Assembly: GCA_030390025.1 (NCBI GenBank)
Contig: CM059432.1
Span: 130,512,001-130,576,000 of the forward strand
Direction of reading: 5' to 3'
Origin: Squalus acanthias
Lineage: Eukaryota
DNA length: 64,000 nt
The notes beneath the pieces were generated by a model, which did no database searches, was not told where the DNA came from, and worked only from the letters and a program-made list of their open reading frames with translations. Both the position numbers and the translations under genes were made by a program. Positions 63,066-64,000 of the stretch are shown one piece after another; the stretch's first letter is position 1, and each line of letters starts with the position of its first letter.

Positions 63066-63195
63066 CTTACTAAGAGGGTTGTGAATGCCAGCCGCCTCCA
63101 TGTAAGCTGTGATTTCATAGAACAGCGCGTTATCTTCTTTAGGGTACGGTAATGTCGGGTCCTGGTAGTGTGCTTCAACATCAGCTAACAGTGCT
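63066..63195 (-). CDS. WASHC5: WASHC5 (strumpellin) internal coding exon, 130 bp
   Basis: Translates to [43 protein letters not shown], matching the strumpellin C-terminal region. Acceptor ttttctgtatAG, donor GTaag. Confidence 0.95.
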
Positions 63196-63318
63196 CTATA
63201 CAGAAAACACAATCTGCATGTCACAGAAAGATTCCGAAAATGTGCCATTTCTATTGAAAATACATTTGATTTAAGATTACGTTTTTCTTTCAGATACAAG
63301 GTTAAATCAAAGCTCGTT

Positions 63319-63530
63319 ATGTCTGTTCAGGTGGATGTGAAACATCCCATGGCACTATTCAAACAGGAGCAGGGAATTCTCCCAGTGACCTGGCCAACAT
63401 TCATCCCTCAAACAAGCCACCAAAATGGATTAATTCTGCAAATATCTCATTGCTGTTTGTGGGACCTTGCCTTGAGAAAATTGGTTGTATTTGCTTCGAA
63501 AACAGCAGTAAATACACTTCAAAAGCAATT
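63319..63530 (+). mobile_element. DeuSINE fragment
   Basis: CATCCCATGGCACTATTC...CATTGCTGTTTGTGGGACCTTGC. Confidence 0.75.
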
Positions 63531-63533
63531 ACA

Positions 63534-64000
63534 ATAGCAAAATACTACAGATGCTGGAAATCTGAAACAACAACAGAAAATGCTGGAAACACTCAGCAGG
63601 TCAGGCAGCATCCGTGGGGAGAGAAACAGAGTTAACGTTTCAGGTCTGTGACCCTTTGTCAGAACTGGAAAAAGTTAGAGTTGTAACAGGTTTTAAGCAG
63701 GTGCAGAGGCAGGGAAAGGGGGGGCGGGGTGGGGGGGAGGAAAGAACACAAGGGACGGTCTGTGACAGGGTGGAATGCAGGAGTGGTTCAATGTTGCAAA
63801 TGGGGATGGCAGAATCATCACCTGCTGCCTGAAAAAATAGGGGCAGAGGTTATGGTCTGTAATTGTTAAACTCAATGTTGGGTCCAAAAGTGCCTAATAG
63901 AAAGATGAGGTGCTGTTCCTCGAGCTTACGTTGAGCTTCACTGGAACAATGTAAGAGGCCGAGGACAGAGAGGTCAGAGTGGGAGTGGAGGGGAGAATTA
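63534..64000 (-). mobile_element. PLE-B 3' fragment (runs off the window)
   Basis: Pseudo-LTR with tail and mutated hammerhead at 63630-63666, plus a GIY-YIG C-terminal remnant. Confidence 0.85.

Noticed and set aside
1..64000. CRISPR arrays, operons or other prokaryotic systems
   Set aside because: The sequence is intron-rich vertebrate DNA, and the repeated short motifs are TE ends rather than regularly spaced repeats.

Overview
This is vertebrate genomic DNA, almost certainly from a shark or ray (it carries an HE1-type V-SINE, SacSINE1/DeuSINE copies, and dense CR1 and Penelope-like elements). Two host genes lie in tandem on the minus strand. One is the last five coding exons of WASHC5 (strumpellin), 63195 down to the stop at 55502. 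The other is the 5' end of NSMCE2 (MMS21 SUMO ligase), with a CpG-rich ZNF143-type promoter at about 43.2-43.4 kb, a first coding exon at 41088-40944, and then an apparent intron of more than 40 kb. In human these two genes are head-to-head, so the arrangement differs. The rest is mostly transposable elements: CR1 LINEs (one near full length, with 5' monomer repeats and an esterase ORF1), a two-gene PIF/Harbinger element, MITEs, SINEs and two Penelope-like (PLE) families carrying minimal hammerhead ribozymes. The most striking structure is a young 5.8-kb inverted PLE dimer (28219-33991) with about 2.7-kb near-identical arms, a hammerhead near each outer end, a frameshift shared by both arms and an 11-bp target duplication. 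Four small insertions from both PLE families repeat the same asymmetric 'inverted tailed arm + untailed sense arm' design. All calls were made by eye from the sequence and remembered family motifs. No database searches were run, and TE boundaries are approximate unless a TSD or splice site fixes them.
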